From positions 1,472,001 through 1,536,000 of the forward strand of contig CBDCWI010000001.1 of NCBI GenBank assembly GCA_965223325.1: a stretch of 64,000 nucleotides of DNA. The letters are read 5' to 3'. A program made the position numbers and the translations under genes. This stretch comes from Candidatus Multivoradales bacterium. Lineage in GTDB: Bacteria > Acidobacteriota > Thermoanaerobaculia > Multivoradales > Multivoraceae. Of this stretch, positions 49,384 through 58,921 are shown one piece after another (positions within the stretch are counted from its first letter, which is position 1; each line of letters begins with the position of its first letter). The notes under the pieces were generated by a model. The model ran no database searches, was not told the origin of the DNA, and saw only the letters and a list, made by a program, of their open reading frames with translations.

Positions 49384-49607
49384 GCTGACCTCCTGACTTG
49401 ATGGCGGGCTTTCCGGAACGCCGCAGTGAGCGTAACGCTCGAGACGCGACGTCCACCCTCGAAACTCTGATGGCTCAACGAGTGCAGGGTACCACGCGTT
49501 CGACCGACCGGACGGTAGGTGCACTCCCCGGATCTAAGTCTCTCCAATTCTGGAACTTACGCCTTGTGCCAAAAGACACAGAAGGCGCAGATTGATAGGA
49601 TCTGCTC

Positions 49608-50996
49608 TTGCTCGCGGCACGGTCGCGGCAGTCCCCTTCCCGATCGCCCTTCCGGTGCGCCCCCGCCCCGCCCGCTACCTGTCTCAGGCCCCGCCTCTTC
49701 ACCGTGTCAAGAACCGACCTCCAGAAATCCTCCCAACCGCGAATCCCATTGTCCGGTGCCTTCCGGCTCCCGTGGACCGAGGGCGGAGGGACCGGCAAGC
49801 GCGCCGAATACCTGCGCTCGATTCACCCGCAGGTGCGCTCGATCGGCCTCGCCGCCGGTGTTCTGATTTGCCTGCTCTTTCTGGCCTGGGCCTTGCTCGA
49901 TTGGATTCTCGAACCCGCACGAGCCGCTGAACTGACGCGCATTCGACTCTTGGGTACCGGCGTCACTCTGGCGGCTCTCATTCTGCTCTATCGACATCCC
50001 TACGCCCGGCGACATCCAGAGCCTTTCGTTTTTGCGGTGATGGTGATTCCGGCGCTCTTCCAGGCCTGGATGGTTCCGCGGGTGGAGTCACTCGATGCCT
50101 ACCTGCTCGGCTACTCGCTGGTGATCTGGATCTCGGCGTTTCTACTGCACTCGAGTTTCCCCTGGGTAGCCTTGATCGTGGCGACCGCTTTGAGCGCCCT
50201 CCCGGTTTCCTACGCGCTGCAGCCCGAGGAGCTGACGCCGCGCGAAGTCTCGGTCGCAGCGTTCTTTCTAATCAGCGCTTCGGCGATCAGTCTCCTGGCC
50301 GCGCTCTTTCGCGACCGCACTTCGTTTCGAGAGTTTCTGACGCGACGCGCCCTGGAGCACGAGCGAGATCGCACCGATCGCCTGCTCGAACAGCTCGAGC
50401 GACTGTCCAACGAAGACCCGCTGACGCGACTGCAGAACCGGCGAGCCTGGGAGCGTGCCTTGCGAGCCGCCTGGACACCTCCCGAAGACGGCACCCACCT
50501 CGCCGTGATGCTGCTCGACCTCGACCACTTCAAAGAGGTCAACGACCGCTACGGCCACGAAGGGGGTGACCGCGCCCTCGCCGCCCTCGGTCAGATCCTG
50601 CGGCGCGTCGCCCCGAAAGAAGCCATGACCGCCCGCCTAGGTGGTGACGAGTTCGGAATTCTTTTGCCCGGCTTCGATCTAGAAGCTGCAGGCCGGGTCG
50701 CCTGTGAGATCGCCGAGAAGGTCGCTGCGCTGCGCATGACACGCCTTCGTGACCTCGAGCTGACGATCTCGGTCGGCGTCGCAACTCTCGAAGCTGGCGA
50801 CCTCGAGCCGGCCGACTTGATGCGCCGTGCCGACGAACAACTCTACGCCGCCAAAGAAACCAGGCAGGCGGTTTGGGGCGGCAATCGACGGCTCGACCGC
50901 GAGGCCTGGTCGAAGACCGCGACCATCCTGCGTCACGAACCCGAGAAGACACCCGCGCCCGCCGCGCCTCCGAAGCCGCCAACGACCGCCGAGTAG
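49608..50996 (+). CDS. Membrane diguanylate cyclase (GGDEF)
   Basis: TM bundle; DPLTRLQNRR, DLDHFKEVND and RLGGDEF; true start probably later. Confidence 0.9.
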   Translation: MLAARSRQSPSRSPFRCAPAPPATCLRPRLFTVSRTDLQKSSQPRIPLSGAFRLPWTEGGGTGKRAEYLRSIHPQVRSIGLAAGVLICLLFLAWALLDWILEPARAAELTRIRLLGTGVTLAALILLYRHPYARRHPEPFVFAVMVIPALFQAWMVPRVESLDAYLLGYSLVIWISAFLLHSSFPWVALIVATALSALPVSYALQPEELTPREVSVAAFFLISASAISLLAALFRDRTSFREFLTRRALEHERDRTDRLLEQLERLSNEDPLTRLQNRRAWERALRAAWTPPEDGTHLAVMLLDLDHFKEVNDRYGHEGGDRALAALGQILRRVAPKEAMTARLGGDEFGILLPGFDLEAAGRVACEIAEKVAALRMTRLRDLELTISVGVATLEAGDLEPADLMRRADEQLYAAKETRQAVWGGNRRLDREAWSKTATILRHEPEKTPAPAAPPKPPTTAE

Positions 50997-51014
50997 AGGG
51001 CACTGGTACGGGTA

Positions 51015-52283
51015 CTAGCCGTTGGCACGCGCCTCGCGGTTGATCTGCTCGAGCTCGCGCTGGATGCGCTCCATCTCAGCCCTGCGCTTCTCGTTGACGT
51101 CTTTGAACCACTCGGCAAAGTCGACCATCTCCTGATCTTCGGTGACGAAGAAGACGCGCGGAAACTGCTGCACGTCGCCACTGTCACGGAACTGGATGGC
51201 GCCGGTCACGCCAGGATAGTTCTTGATCGCGCGCATCCCTTTGACCAGATCTTCGGGGAACAAGGTGCCGCCACCCTTGCCCACCGTGCCTTCGGTGATC
51301 GACGTCGCGACGACCTTCATGGCGTCGTAACCATACGCGGCGTAGAGGTCGGGCGCCTCGCCGTACTTGGCCTGGAAGGCGTCGGCGAAGATCTTCGCCG
51401 GTTTGCCGTCGCCCATGTCGAGAGCGGTCTGGGTGTAGTAGACCGACTTGGCCGCCGTACCCGCTTCGGCCAGCACCGCCGGTGTGGCGAGTGCCGAAGT
51501 GGTCAGAATTCGACCGTCACGATCGTCGAAGCCGCTGCCGCGCAGGGCGAGGATGGCGTCGGCAAGCGAGCTACCGCGAGCGACCAGGTAAAGCGCCTTC
51601 GCGGGTTCACCGCCTTCGGGACCCTCCATCAGCTCCGGGATGACCGAGCCGGCTGCACCGCGCGCGAAGGTCAACTGCGCGACCAGTTCTCCCTGCCAGG
51701 CTTCGGCGAAAGCCGCCGCGCCAGCCGCACCGAAATCAGATTCCTCCGCCATGATCGCGATGCTTTCGAGCTTTAGGGTGTCTTTGGCAAAGCGCGCCAT
51801 CGCAACGGCCTCGGCGTCCGAGTTGGGGTAGATACGCCAGAATTGCCCCGGCGCCGAGCCCGACAACTCGGTGCTCGATGCGCTCGGTGAGATGAGCAGT
51901 TTGTTCGACGCCTTGAGAGGCTCGAGCATCGCCAGGGCCTCAGCACTGGTCACTCCACCAATGACGGCAAAGTTGTCAGCGAACAGCTTCGCGGCTACCT
52001 CGGCTGCCTTGGCAGGATCGCCGCCGGTGTCTTCGGTGACCAGCGTGAAGGTGTGGGCGGCGGCCTCGTCGGCAGCGAGTTCCTCTGCGGCGAGCTGGAT
52101 TCCCTTTTCGATCGACGAACCGTAGACGGCGTAGTCACCCGAGAGCGGCAAGGCGAGGCCGACGCCAACGTTCGGTTTCCCTCCGCCGCCACAGCCTGCC
52201 AGCAAAAGGACCACCGCCGCGAAGGCGAGCGACCCGTAGCCAAGAATGCCGGTGGCTGTCCATGTGGGCTTTCTGGTGATCAT
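51015..52283 (-). CDS. Type 1 periplasmic (branched-chain amino acid-like) substrate-binding lipoprotein
   Basis: LAGC lipobox; LPLSGDYA, EDTGGDP, GYDA and GVTG motifs. Confidence 0.88.
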   Translation of the reverse strand: MITRKPTWTATGILGYGSLAFAAVVLLLAGCGGGGKPNVGVGLALPLSGDYAVYGSSIEKGIQLAAEELAADEAAAHTFTLVTEDTGGDPAKAAEVAAKLFADNFAVIGGVTSAEALAMLEPLKASNKLLISPSASSTELSGSAPGQFWRIYPNSDAEAVAMARFAKDTLKLESIAIMAEESDFGAAGAAAFAEAWQGELVAQLTFARGAAGSVIPELMEGPEGGEPAKALYLVARGSSLADAILALRGSGFDDRDGRILTTSALATPAVLAEAGTAAKSVYYTQTALDMGDGKPAKIFADAFQAKYGEAPDLYAAYGYDAMKVVATSITEGTVGKGGGTLFPEDLVKGMRAIKNYPGVTGAIQFRDSGDVQQFPRVFFVTEDQEMVDFAEWFKDVNEKRRAEMERIQRELEQINREARANG

Positions 52284-52657
52284 CGCGACTTACCTCCGGA
52301 GCTCGAGCGAGCTCAATCCTGATGCTGTTTCTTATTGGCGCAAGCCGAATCTACTACCGATAACGAGTACGGGCCGTCAGCAACCATTCGTTACTTCCCT
52401 GGACTCTAAAGCGCCGCCGGTGGTTCCGCCGGTCAGCGCAGACCACGCGCCGTGGACTCTGGAAAATGAATGACGAAGCGTAGCGGAAGCCACGAAACTG
52501 CAATCACCCGACTCCTAAGAAAACTCGTGTCCGACCGAAAGTCCCGCCTGGTTTCGGGTCAAACAGTGGAACAATCGCCACTCCCTCCCCTCTATGGTCC
52601 CACCTGGACAGTGCCCAGGCGAACCGGGCCCAGCGACTTCTCGCCGGAGATTCAGCT

Positions 52658-53887
52658 TTGCCAACTCTCGATTCGGACTTCGTGCGCGCGCAGTTCCCTG
52701 CCTTCTCAGAAAGCTCCCTCGAGGGCTGGGGCTTCTTCGAGAATGCCGGCGGCTCCTACGCCTGCCGCCAGGTCATCGAGCGTCTGACCGACTTTTACCA
52801 GCGCACAAAGGTGCAGCCCTACTACAACTTTCCCGCATCTGTGGCTGCCGGCGAGGCCATGGACGAGGCCTACGAACGGCTCGCCGCCTACCTCGGTGTC
52901 TTTGAAGACGAAGTTCATCTCGGTCCGTCAACATCACAGAACACCTACGTCCTGGCGCAGGCACTTCGCGCGATGTGGCAGGAGGGCGATGAGATCGTGG
53001 TGTCCAACCAGGACCACGAGGCCAACGCCGGCGTCTGGAGGAGACTCGAGGGCAGCGGCATCATCGTCCGGGAGTGGAAGGTCGATGTGTCCACCGGCTG
53101 CCTGCAGCTCGAGAAGCTCGATGAGCTGTTGAGCGAGCGCACCGTCATGGTGGCCTTCCCGCATTGTTCGAACGTCGTCGCCGATATCAATCCGGTGGAG
53201 GAAGTCACCAGGAGAGCGCATCGCTTCGGTGCGATCACGGTCGTCGACGGTGTGTCGTATGCCCCGCACGGCTTCCCGGACATCGGTGCTCTCGGGGCCG
53301 ACATCTATCTGTTTTCGCTCTACAAGACCTATGGCCCGCACCTCGGGTTGATGACCGTGCGCCGCGACCTGTTCGAGAAACTGCCCAACCAGGGCCACTA
53401 TTTCAACGACGGCAACCCGCGCAAGCACTTGTTGCCCGCCGGGCCCGATCATGCGCAGATCGCCGCCGCCGCCGGGGTGGCTTTGTACTTCGACGCTCTC
53501 CATGCGCATCACTGGCCTGACGAGGCACCAGCCCGAGTTCGCGGGCAACGGCTTCATGAGCTCTTTCGTGACCACGAAACAAAGCTGCTCGCACCGCTCC
53601 TCGACTGGCTGGACGATCGCTCCGACATCCGCCTGGTCGGCCCCGCAGACCCCACCCGGCGCGCTCCCACGGTGGCGTTCTATTCACAGTCGCGCGCCAC
53701 CGAAGCAGTTCTCGACGACCTGACCGATCACCGCATCATGGCGGGCAACGGTCACTTCTACGCCGTGCGACCCCTCGACGCCATGGGAGTCGATCTCGAC
53801 AGAGGAGTCGTGCGCCTCTCGTTTGTCCACTACACGACCGAGGCTGAGGTCGAACAGTTGATGAACGCCCTCGAGAACGTGCTGTAG
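52658..53887 (+). CDS. Class V PLP aminotransferase (cysteine-desulfurase-like, lacking the catalytic Cys)
   Basis: FENAGGS, DHEAN, DGVSYAPH, FSLYKTYGPH and GHFYA motifs. Confidence 0.9.
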   Translation: MPTLDSDFVRAQFPAFSESSLEGWGFFENAGGSYACRQVIERLTDFYQRTKVQPYYNFPASVAAGEAMDEAYERLAAYLGVFEDEVHLGPSTSQNTYVLAQALRAMWQEGDEIVVSNQDHEANAGVWRRLEGSGIIVREWKVDVSTGCLQLEKLDELLSERTVMVAFPHCSNVVADINPVEEVTRRAHRFGAITVVDGVSYAPHGFPDIGALGADIYLFSLYKTYGPHLGLMTVRRDLFEKLPNQGHYFNDGNPRKHLLPAGPDHAQIAAAAGVALYFDALHAHHWPDEAPARVRGQRLHELFRDHETKLLAPLLDWLDDRSDIRLVGPADPTRRAPTVAFYSQSRATEAVLDDLTDHRIMAGNGHFYAVRPLDAMGVDLDRGVVRLSFVHYTTEAEVEQLMNALENVL

Positions 53888-53901
53888 CACTCTCCAGAGC
53901 A

Positions 53902-54513
53902 CTATCCAAACAGGTCGAGCGGGCCCTCCCACCTCACCTCGGCCCCTGCACTCACCGCGCCGCGCAGGCGATAGCCGAGCGCGTTGACGGTCGACTCGGG
54001 CGGCTCATCAAAGTGGCCGCGCACCCAGGCGCGTAGCGCCGCCATGACGCCGCCGTGCGAGACCACCACAATCTCCTCACCCAGGTGCCGTAGGGCGAGG
54101 GCGTCGAGAGCTGGGCCGACCCGCTTCATGACGTCTTCGAGGGATTCGCCGCCAGGCGCACGCGCGAACCACCGCTCGTGCGGCTCGGGGAGGGCTCCGC
54201 GCAGGTCGTAGAACGACTCGTAGGGCTGGCCCTCCAGCTCACCGAAACTCTGCTCGTAGAACGCCGGGTCGATGACCGGCTCGAGGTCGAGGGCGGCACC
54301 AATGTGGCGCGCGGTGTCGTGCGCCCGCTGGTACGGACTGGCGTAGAGGGTGACGGGCCGGGAAACCTCCGCCAGCCGGCGCCCGGTTTCGAGGGCCTGC
54401 TCGACTCCCAGTTCGGTCAACGGTTCATCATCGCTCCTGGTGAAGCGGCGTTCTGCGTTGGCCAGGCTTTCGCCGTGGCGGATCATGATCAACTCGGCTA
54501 CGGACACCTGCAA
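53902..54513 (-). CDS. Histidine phosphatase family protein
   Basis: RHGES, SPYQRA, PGGES and VSHGG motifs. Confidence 0.92.
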   Translation of the reverse strand: MQVSVAELIMIRHGESLANAERRFTRSDDEPLTELGVEQALETGRRLAEVSRPVTLYASPYQRAHDTARHIGAALDLEPVIDPAFYEQSFGELEGQPYESFYDLRGALPEPHERWFARAPGGESLEDVMKRVGPALDALALRHLGEEIVVVSHGGVMAALRAWVRGHFDEPPESTVNALGYRLRGAVSAGAEVRWEGPLDLFG

Positions 54514-54593
54514 CTACCTTTCGAGAGATGACGTGTCGAGGCAGCGAGACGTTATCTTAGGCCGACATCCCTCTCAGAACTTCGGAGTTCAGC

Positions 54594-56063
54594 ATGACGA
54601 CTGATGCAAACGCCTCAACGGCTAGCGAGTTGCAACCGCCGCAAGACGGCCTCCTGGTGATCGTCAAGGAAGACTGCCCGACCTGCAAGCTGGTCGTACC
54701 GGCTCTGGTTGATATTGCACAGTCACCAGAAGGGCTGATGACGGTCACGCAAGACGACCCCGACTTTCCCGCTCGACCGGCAGCCGTTCTCGACCGTGAT
54801 CTCCTGCTCTCCGAAGCGCTCGAGGTCGAGACCGTCCCGACGCTGATTCGTTTCGAGAATGGCCGTGAGACCGCCCGGTCCGTCGGCTGGCAGCGAGCCG
54901 AGTGGCGCGACGTCGCCGCCCTCGCCGAGCTCGGCGAAGCGCTTCCCGAAGCCAGGCCTGGGTGCGGGTCGCTCCATCTCGATCCGGCATTTGCGGTGGC
55001 GCGACTTCGTCGACAAGCCGACTCAGTCCTCGCGGCCCGCCGCATCGACACCGGCGGTCTCGAAGACCCGGTCGAGGCTTGCTACGCGCGTGGATGGACC
55101 GATGGTCTCCCGGTCGTACCACCAACACCCGAACGGGTGATGAGGATGTTGGGCGGGACCGGGCGCGCTCCCGAGGATCTCGTCGGTGAAATCGCGCCGG
55201 ACTACGCGCCTTGCACCGTCGAAAAAGTCGCCATCAACGCGGTCATGGCGGGCTGCAGGCCCGAGTACATGCCCGTCGTCCTCGCCGCGGTCGAAGCCGC
55301 AGCACGGCCCGAGTTCAACTGGCACGGCCTCGCTGCAACGACCTATTTTTCTGGCCCGGTGGTGGTCGTCAACGGGCCGATCACGCGCGCCATCGACATG
55401 AACTCGGGCCACAACGCACTCGGCCAGGGCAACCGCGCCAACGCCACCATCGGCCGCGCCCTGCAGCTCGTCTTGCGCAACATCGGCGGCGCTCGTCCCG
55501 GCGAGATCGACCGCGCCACGCTCGGCAATCCAGGCAAGTACACCTTCTGCTTCGCCGAGAACGAAACCGATTCACCGTGGCCCTCGCTGGCCGAGGAGCG
55601 CGGCGCCTCTCCCGGTGCCTCCGCGGTCACCCTCTTTGCCGGCGAAGCGCCACGCGGCGTTGTCGACCAGTTGTCACGCGAACCCGAATCGCTCGCTAGC
55701 AGCCTGGCGATGGCGCTGCGCTCTGTTGCCCACCCCAAGCTGGTGCTCGGTTTCGACGCCATGGTCGTCATCTCGCCCGAGCACATGCGAGTGCTCGGCG
55801 AGGCGAACTGGTCAAAGGACGAACTGCGCGCCGCGATCATGAAGCACCTGATGCTGCCCAAGAGCGAGATCGTGCGCGGCGCGCAAGACTGCGCCGAGGG
55901 AGTGCCCGCAGCCGTCGAGGCCGCGGCCCTTCCCAAGTTCCGTCCCGACGGCCTGTGGTTCGTGCACGCTGGAGGTGGGGCGGGACTGTTCTCGGCCATC
56001 ATCGGCGGTTGGGTGAGCGGCGAGATGGGCAGTCAACCGGTTACCGTCGAGGTACGCGATTGA
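54594..56063 (+). CDS. Thioredoxin-like CxxC domain fused to a GWTDGLPVVPPT domain (UGSC partner)
   Basis: KEDCPTC, TVPTL and PGCGS; then TDGLPVVPPT, AVMAGC and GNRANATIGRA. Confidence 0.8.
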   Translation: MTTDANASTASELQPPQDGLLVIVKEDCPTCKLVVPALVDIAQSPEGLMTVTQDDPDFPARPAAVLDRDLLLSEALEVETVPTLIRFENGRETARSVGWQRAEWRDVAALAELGEALPEARPGCGSLHLDPAFAVARLRRQADSVLAARRIDTGGLEDPVEACYARGWTDGLPVVPPTPERVMRMLGGTGRAPEDLVGEIAPDYAPCTVEKVAINAVMAGCRPEYMPVVLAAVEAAARPEFNWHGLAATTYFSGPVVVVNGPITRAIDMNSGHNALGQGNRANATIGRALQLVLRNIGGARPGEIDRATLGNPGKYTFCFAENETDSPWPSLAEERGASPGASAVTLFAGEAPRGVVDQLSREPESLASSLAMALRSVAHPKLVLGFDAMVVISPEHMRVLGEANWSKDELRAAIMKHLMLPKSEIVRGAQDCAEGVPAAVEAAALPKFRPDGLWFVHAGGGAGLFSAIIGGWVSGEMGSQPVTVEVRD

Positions 56064-56141
56064 GGCCGAGTTGGCCAGGCCAAGGCCCGGTGAGACCCGA
56101 GGCTGGCTCTCGGATGTGGCGTGCGATAGCCTGCCCCTCAG

Positions 56142-56726
56142 ATGGAACACAGCGCACAGACCTCGAACGGCCCGCTGCTCGATCCCACGAGCGAGCTGCG
56201 CCCGGAACACCGCGCAACGCTCCCTCGACTCGATCAGATCGATGGCAAGACCATAGGCCTGCTCGATATCTCCAAAGCGCGCGGCGACGTCTTCTTGGCC
56301 GAGGTGCAGAGCATTCTCGAGCAGCGGGGCGCCAGGGTGCTTCACTTCAGGAAGCCCACGTTCTCCAAACCGGCTCCACCAGACCTGCGCAAGGAAATCC
56401 GCGAACAGTGCGACGCTGTGCTCGAAGCGCTCGCCGACTGAGGGTCTTGCACGTCGTGCAGTGTGCACGACATCACCTCACTCGAAGCTCTCGGGCTGCC
56501 GGGCGCGTTCGTCGCGTCGACCGAGTTCATCGATGCAGCCGCAGCGCAGTCACGCTCGATCGGGCTCGCGCCGCGCGCGGTCTACGTGCAGCACCCGATC
56601 CAGGACCGCACGGACCAGGAGCTCAGAGCGCTGGCCGTCGCTGCGACCGACGAGATCGTCGCCGCACTCTCGGCTTCCGTGGGCTCCACTTCCGAAGCCT
56701 CTCCGTCAGATCGAGTCACCACCTGA
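56142..56726 (+). CDS. UGSC-family selenoprotein (194 aa)
   Basis: In-frame TGA at 56439-56441 gives EALAD-U-GSCTSCSVHD; joins track ORFs 56142-56441 and 56463-56726 in one frame; hairpin follows. Confidence 0.9.
56453..56471 (+). promoter_or_regulatory. Bacterial SECIS-like hairpin
   Basis: GUCGUGC-AGUGU-GCACGAC perfect 7-bp stem; 18 nt lie between the UGA and the loop; UGAGG can also pair with CCUCA at 56476-56480. Confidence 0.72.
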
Positions 56727-56745
56727 CCGACGCGCGGTTCCACTG

Positions 56746-57852
56746 ATGCGGGTTGCCTTCGACACCAACCGGGTGTGGCTCGGGCGTGGCAGTGCCCGCA
56801 CCTACCTCGACGCCCTCCTGCCGGCACTGCTCGATACCGCCCGCGCTGACGACACGGTGATCGTGGTGCGAACGGCCGACGGGCCGGCGCCTGATGCGCT
56901 GGCGTTCCTGCTCCGGCGTTCCAACCTCGAGGCGACCGAAATCAACGTACGCGGTAAACGGCACGACCTCTGGCGGCGGGTCCAGCGCCCTTCGGTACAG
57001 AGTCTTGCGCGAGGTCTCGAGAGCGTCGACATCTTCCATTCGGTCACACCACCCCTTCTGCCCACACGCGCGGGAACACGCATCGCGACGGTCCACGCCC
57101 TGGGCCTTCCGCAAAACGCTGCGGCACTGGCGCGCTCGCTCCGGCGCGCCGACTGCGTGATCGTACCGGCGGAGGGAACCGCAGCGATTCTCTCCGAGCG
57201 CCATGGAATCGCCGCCGATCGCCTGCGGGTCATTCGCCCGGGAGTCGCCGCGCAGTATCTCGAGCCACCCAAACCGGCCATCATGGAAGAGCTGTGTACC
57301 CGCTTTCCGTTTCTTCAAGAACCCTACGTCCTGACGATCGGCGCCAGCGCCGACCCCGACACCGGCGCACCCTTCTTGATCGACGCACACGGCGAAGCCC
57401 GCGCCATCGACCCCACCCTTCCACCCCTGGTGGTCGTTGCGCCGCGCGGCGGCACCGAGGCGGTGGCTCGGTTGATCGAAGAAGGCGGCCGCCAGGGAGC
57501 CGTGTTCACCATCGAAGACCTCGGTCGCCAAGAGCTACCAGCGCTCTACCGCGGTGCCGAGTTCGTTCTCGAACCAGCCTCGACCGGAGCCTTCGGGCAG
57601 TCCCTCTTAGAAGCGGCCGCCTGCGGCATCCCAGCTCTCGCGCATGCGGAGTGCGGAGCGCTCGAAATGGTACAGGCAGGAGCCATCACACCGACCCCGG
57701 GCACGACGGGCTGGGCTCGGGCAATGGCGGATCTCCACCAGGAGCGCGACACCCGCGCACGCCTCGGGCTTTCCGCCCGCCGAGCGACTGCAGACTGGAC
57801 CTGGGAACGCGCAGCGCGCGAGCATTGGCAGCTTTATGACGAAATCCACTAG
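56746..57852 (+). CDS. Glycosyltransferase family 4-like (divergent)
   Basis: ATVH, LPALYRGA and GAFGQSLLEAAACG motifs. Confidence 0.78.
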   Translation: MRVAFDTNRVWLGRGSARTYLDALLPALLDTARADDTVIVVRTADGPAPDALAFLLRRSNLEATEINVRGKRHDLWRRVQRPSVQSLARGLESVDIFHSVTPPLLPTRAGTRIATVHALGLPQNAAALARSLRRADCVIVPAEGTAAILSERHGIAADRLRVIRPGVAAQYLEPPKPAIMEELCTRFPFLQEPYVLTIGASADPDTGAPFLIDAHGEARAIDPTLPPLVVVAPRGGTEAVARLIEEGGRQGAVFTIEDLGRQELPALYRGAEFVLEPASTGAFGQSLLEAAACGIPALAHAECGALEMVQAGAITPTPGTTGWARAMADLHQERDTRARLGLSARRATADWTWERAAREHWQLYDEIH

Positions 57853-58912
57853 CAACGGCGGCTCGAACAAACGGCGCCAGAAGAAGCGACTGCCTTCGCC
57901 GCGTCGTTTCGAAACCGCCGAGGGTCGTGTGATCTACGCGGTCTCGATTGAGACCTTCCCGGGCTTCTTCAATAACGTCTACGTCCTCGATGACGGAGAA
58001 CGCCTGGCGCTCGTCGATACCGGGTCGGGCTTTGAGGGTTCGAACGAGGAGTTGGTGCGCGAGCTGGGCCAGATCGAAGAGTCGTTCGGTCGTCCGGTGG
58101 CACTCGAAGACCTGGACGCGATCATCATCACTCACGCTCACTCGGACCATTTTGGCGGCCTCGGCTTCGTGCGCGAGCACAGTGACGCGCCGGTTTCGGT
58201 CCATGCCCTCGACGTGCCGGTGGTCTCGCACTACGAAGAGCGAGTCATCACCGCGTCTCGTCAGCTCGACGCCTTTCTGATGTCGGCCGGGCTTTCCGAC
58301 AAGGCGCGCGAAGGTCTGATGCGCATGTACAAAGCCGGCAAGGACCGCTTTGTTTCCGTCCCCGTCGATCAGCGGATCGAAGAAGGCGACGACATTCTCG
58401 ATGGGAACGGCACTCCCCTGGGCGTCGAGACCTTCCACGTCCCCGGCCACTGCCCCGGCCAGATCTGCATTCGCGTCGACGACGTTCTGCTCACCGCCGA
58501 CCATGTCCTCGAGCGCATCACGCCTCATCAGGCTCCCGAAGCGATCACGCTCAACACCGGTCTCCAGCACTACCTCGAGTCGCTTGCGAAGATCGAACAA
58601 CTCGACGGCATTCGACTCGGGCTCGGCGGGCACGAGAATCCCATCGAGGACACCTCCAAGCGTTGCCGTGAGATCGCAGCGTCGCACGACGAGCGCCTGG
58701 CGGAGGTGCTCGACTTCATGAACCAACCGCGCACCACCGCCGAAGTCAGCAAAGAACTCTTCGGCGGCCTCTCGGGCTACACGATCCTCCTCGGTCTCGA
58801 AGAAGCCGGTGCACACGTCGAGTACCTGCACCTGCGCGGCGAGATCGAAGCCGCGAACCTCGAAGAGCTCGAGGACCCGGCCCATCCCGAAGTGCGCTGG
58901 ATCAGAACCTAG
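57836..58912 (+). CDS. MBL-fold metallo-hydrolase
   Basis: VDTG, THAHSDHFGG, PGHCPG, ADH and GGH motifs. Confidence 0.9.
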   Translation: MTKSTSNGGSNKRRQKKRLPSPRRFETAEGRVIYAVSIETFPGFFNNVYVLDDGERLALVDTGSGFEGSNEELVRELGQIEESFGRPVALEDLDAIIITHAHSDHFGGLGFVREHSDAPVSVHALDVPVVSHYEERVITASRQLDAFLMSAGLSDKAREGLMRMYKAGKDRFVSVPVDQRIEEGDDILDGNGTPLGVETFHVPGHCPGQICIRVDDVLLTADHVLERITPHQAPEAITLNTGLQHYLESLAKIEQLDGIRLGLGGHENPIEDTSKRCREIAASHDERLAEVLDFMNQPRTTAEVSKELFGGLSGYTILLGLEEAGAHVEYLHLRGEIEAANLEELEDPAHPEVRWIRT

Positions 58913-58921
58913 GCCCTAAGG

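Noticed and set aside
52284-52657. tRNA-Sec or another ncRNA in long intergenic gaps (also 49384-49600)
   Set aside because: No cloverleaf, T-loop or recognisable RNA family signature by eye
56061-56141. Read-through of the thioredoxin-fusion TGA into the UGSC gene
   Set aside because: A second in-frame stop follows within about 10 codons and there is no redox-motif context
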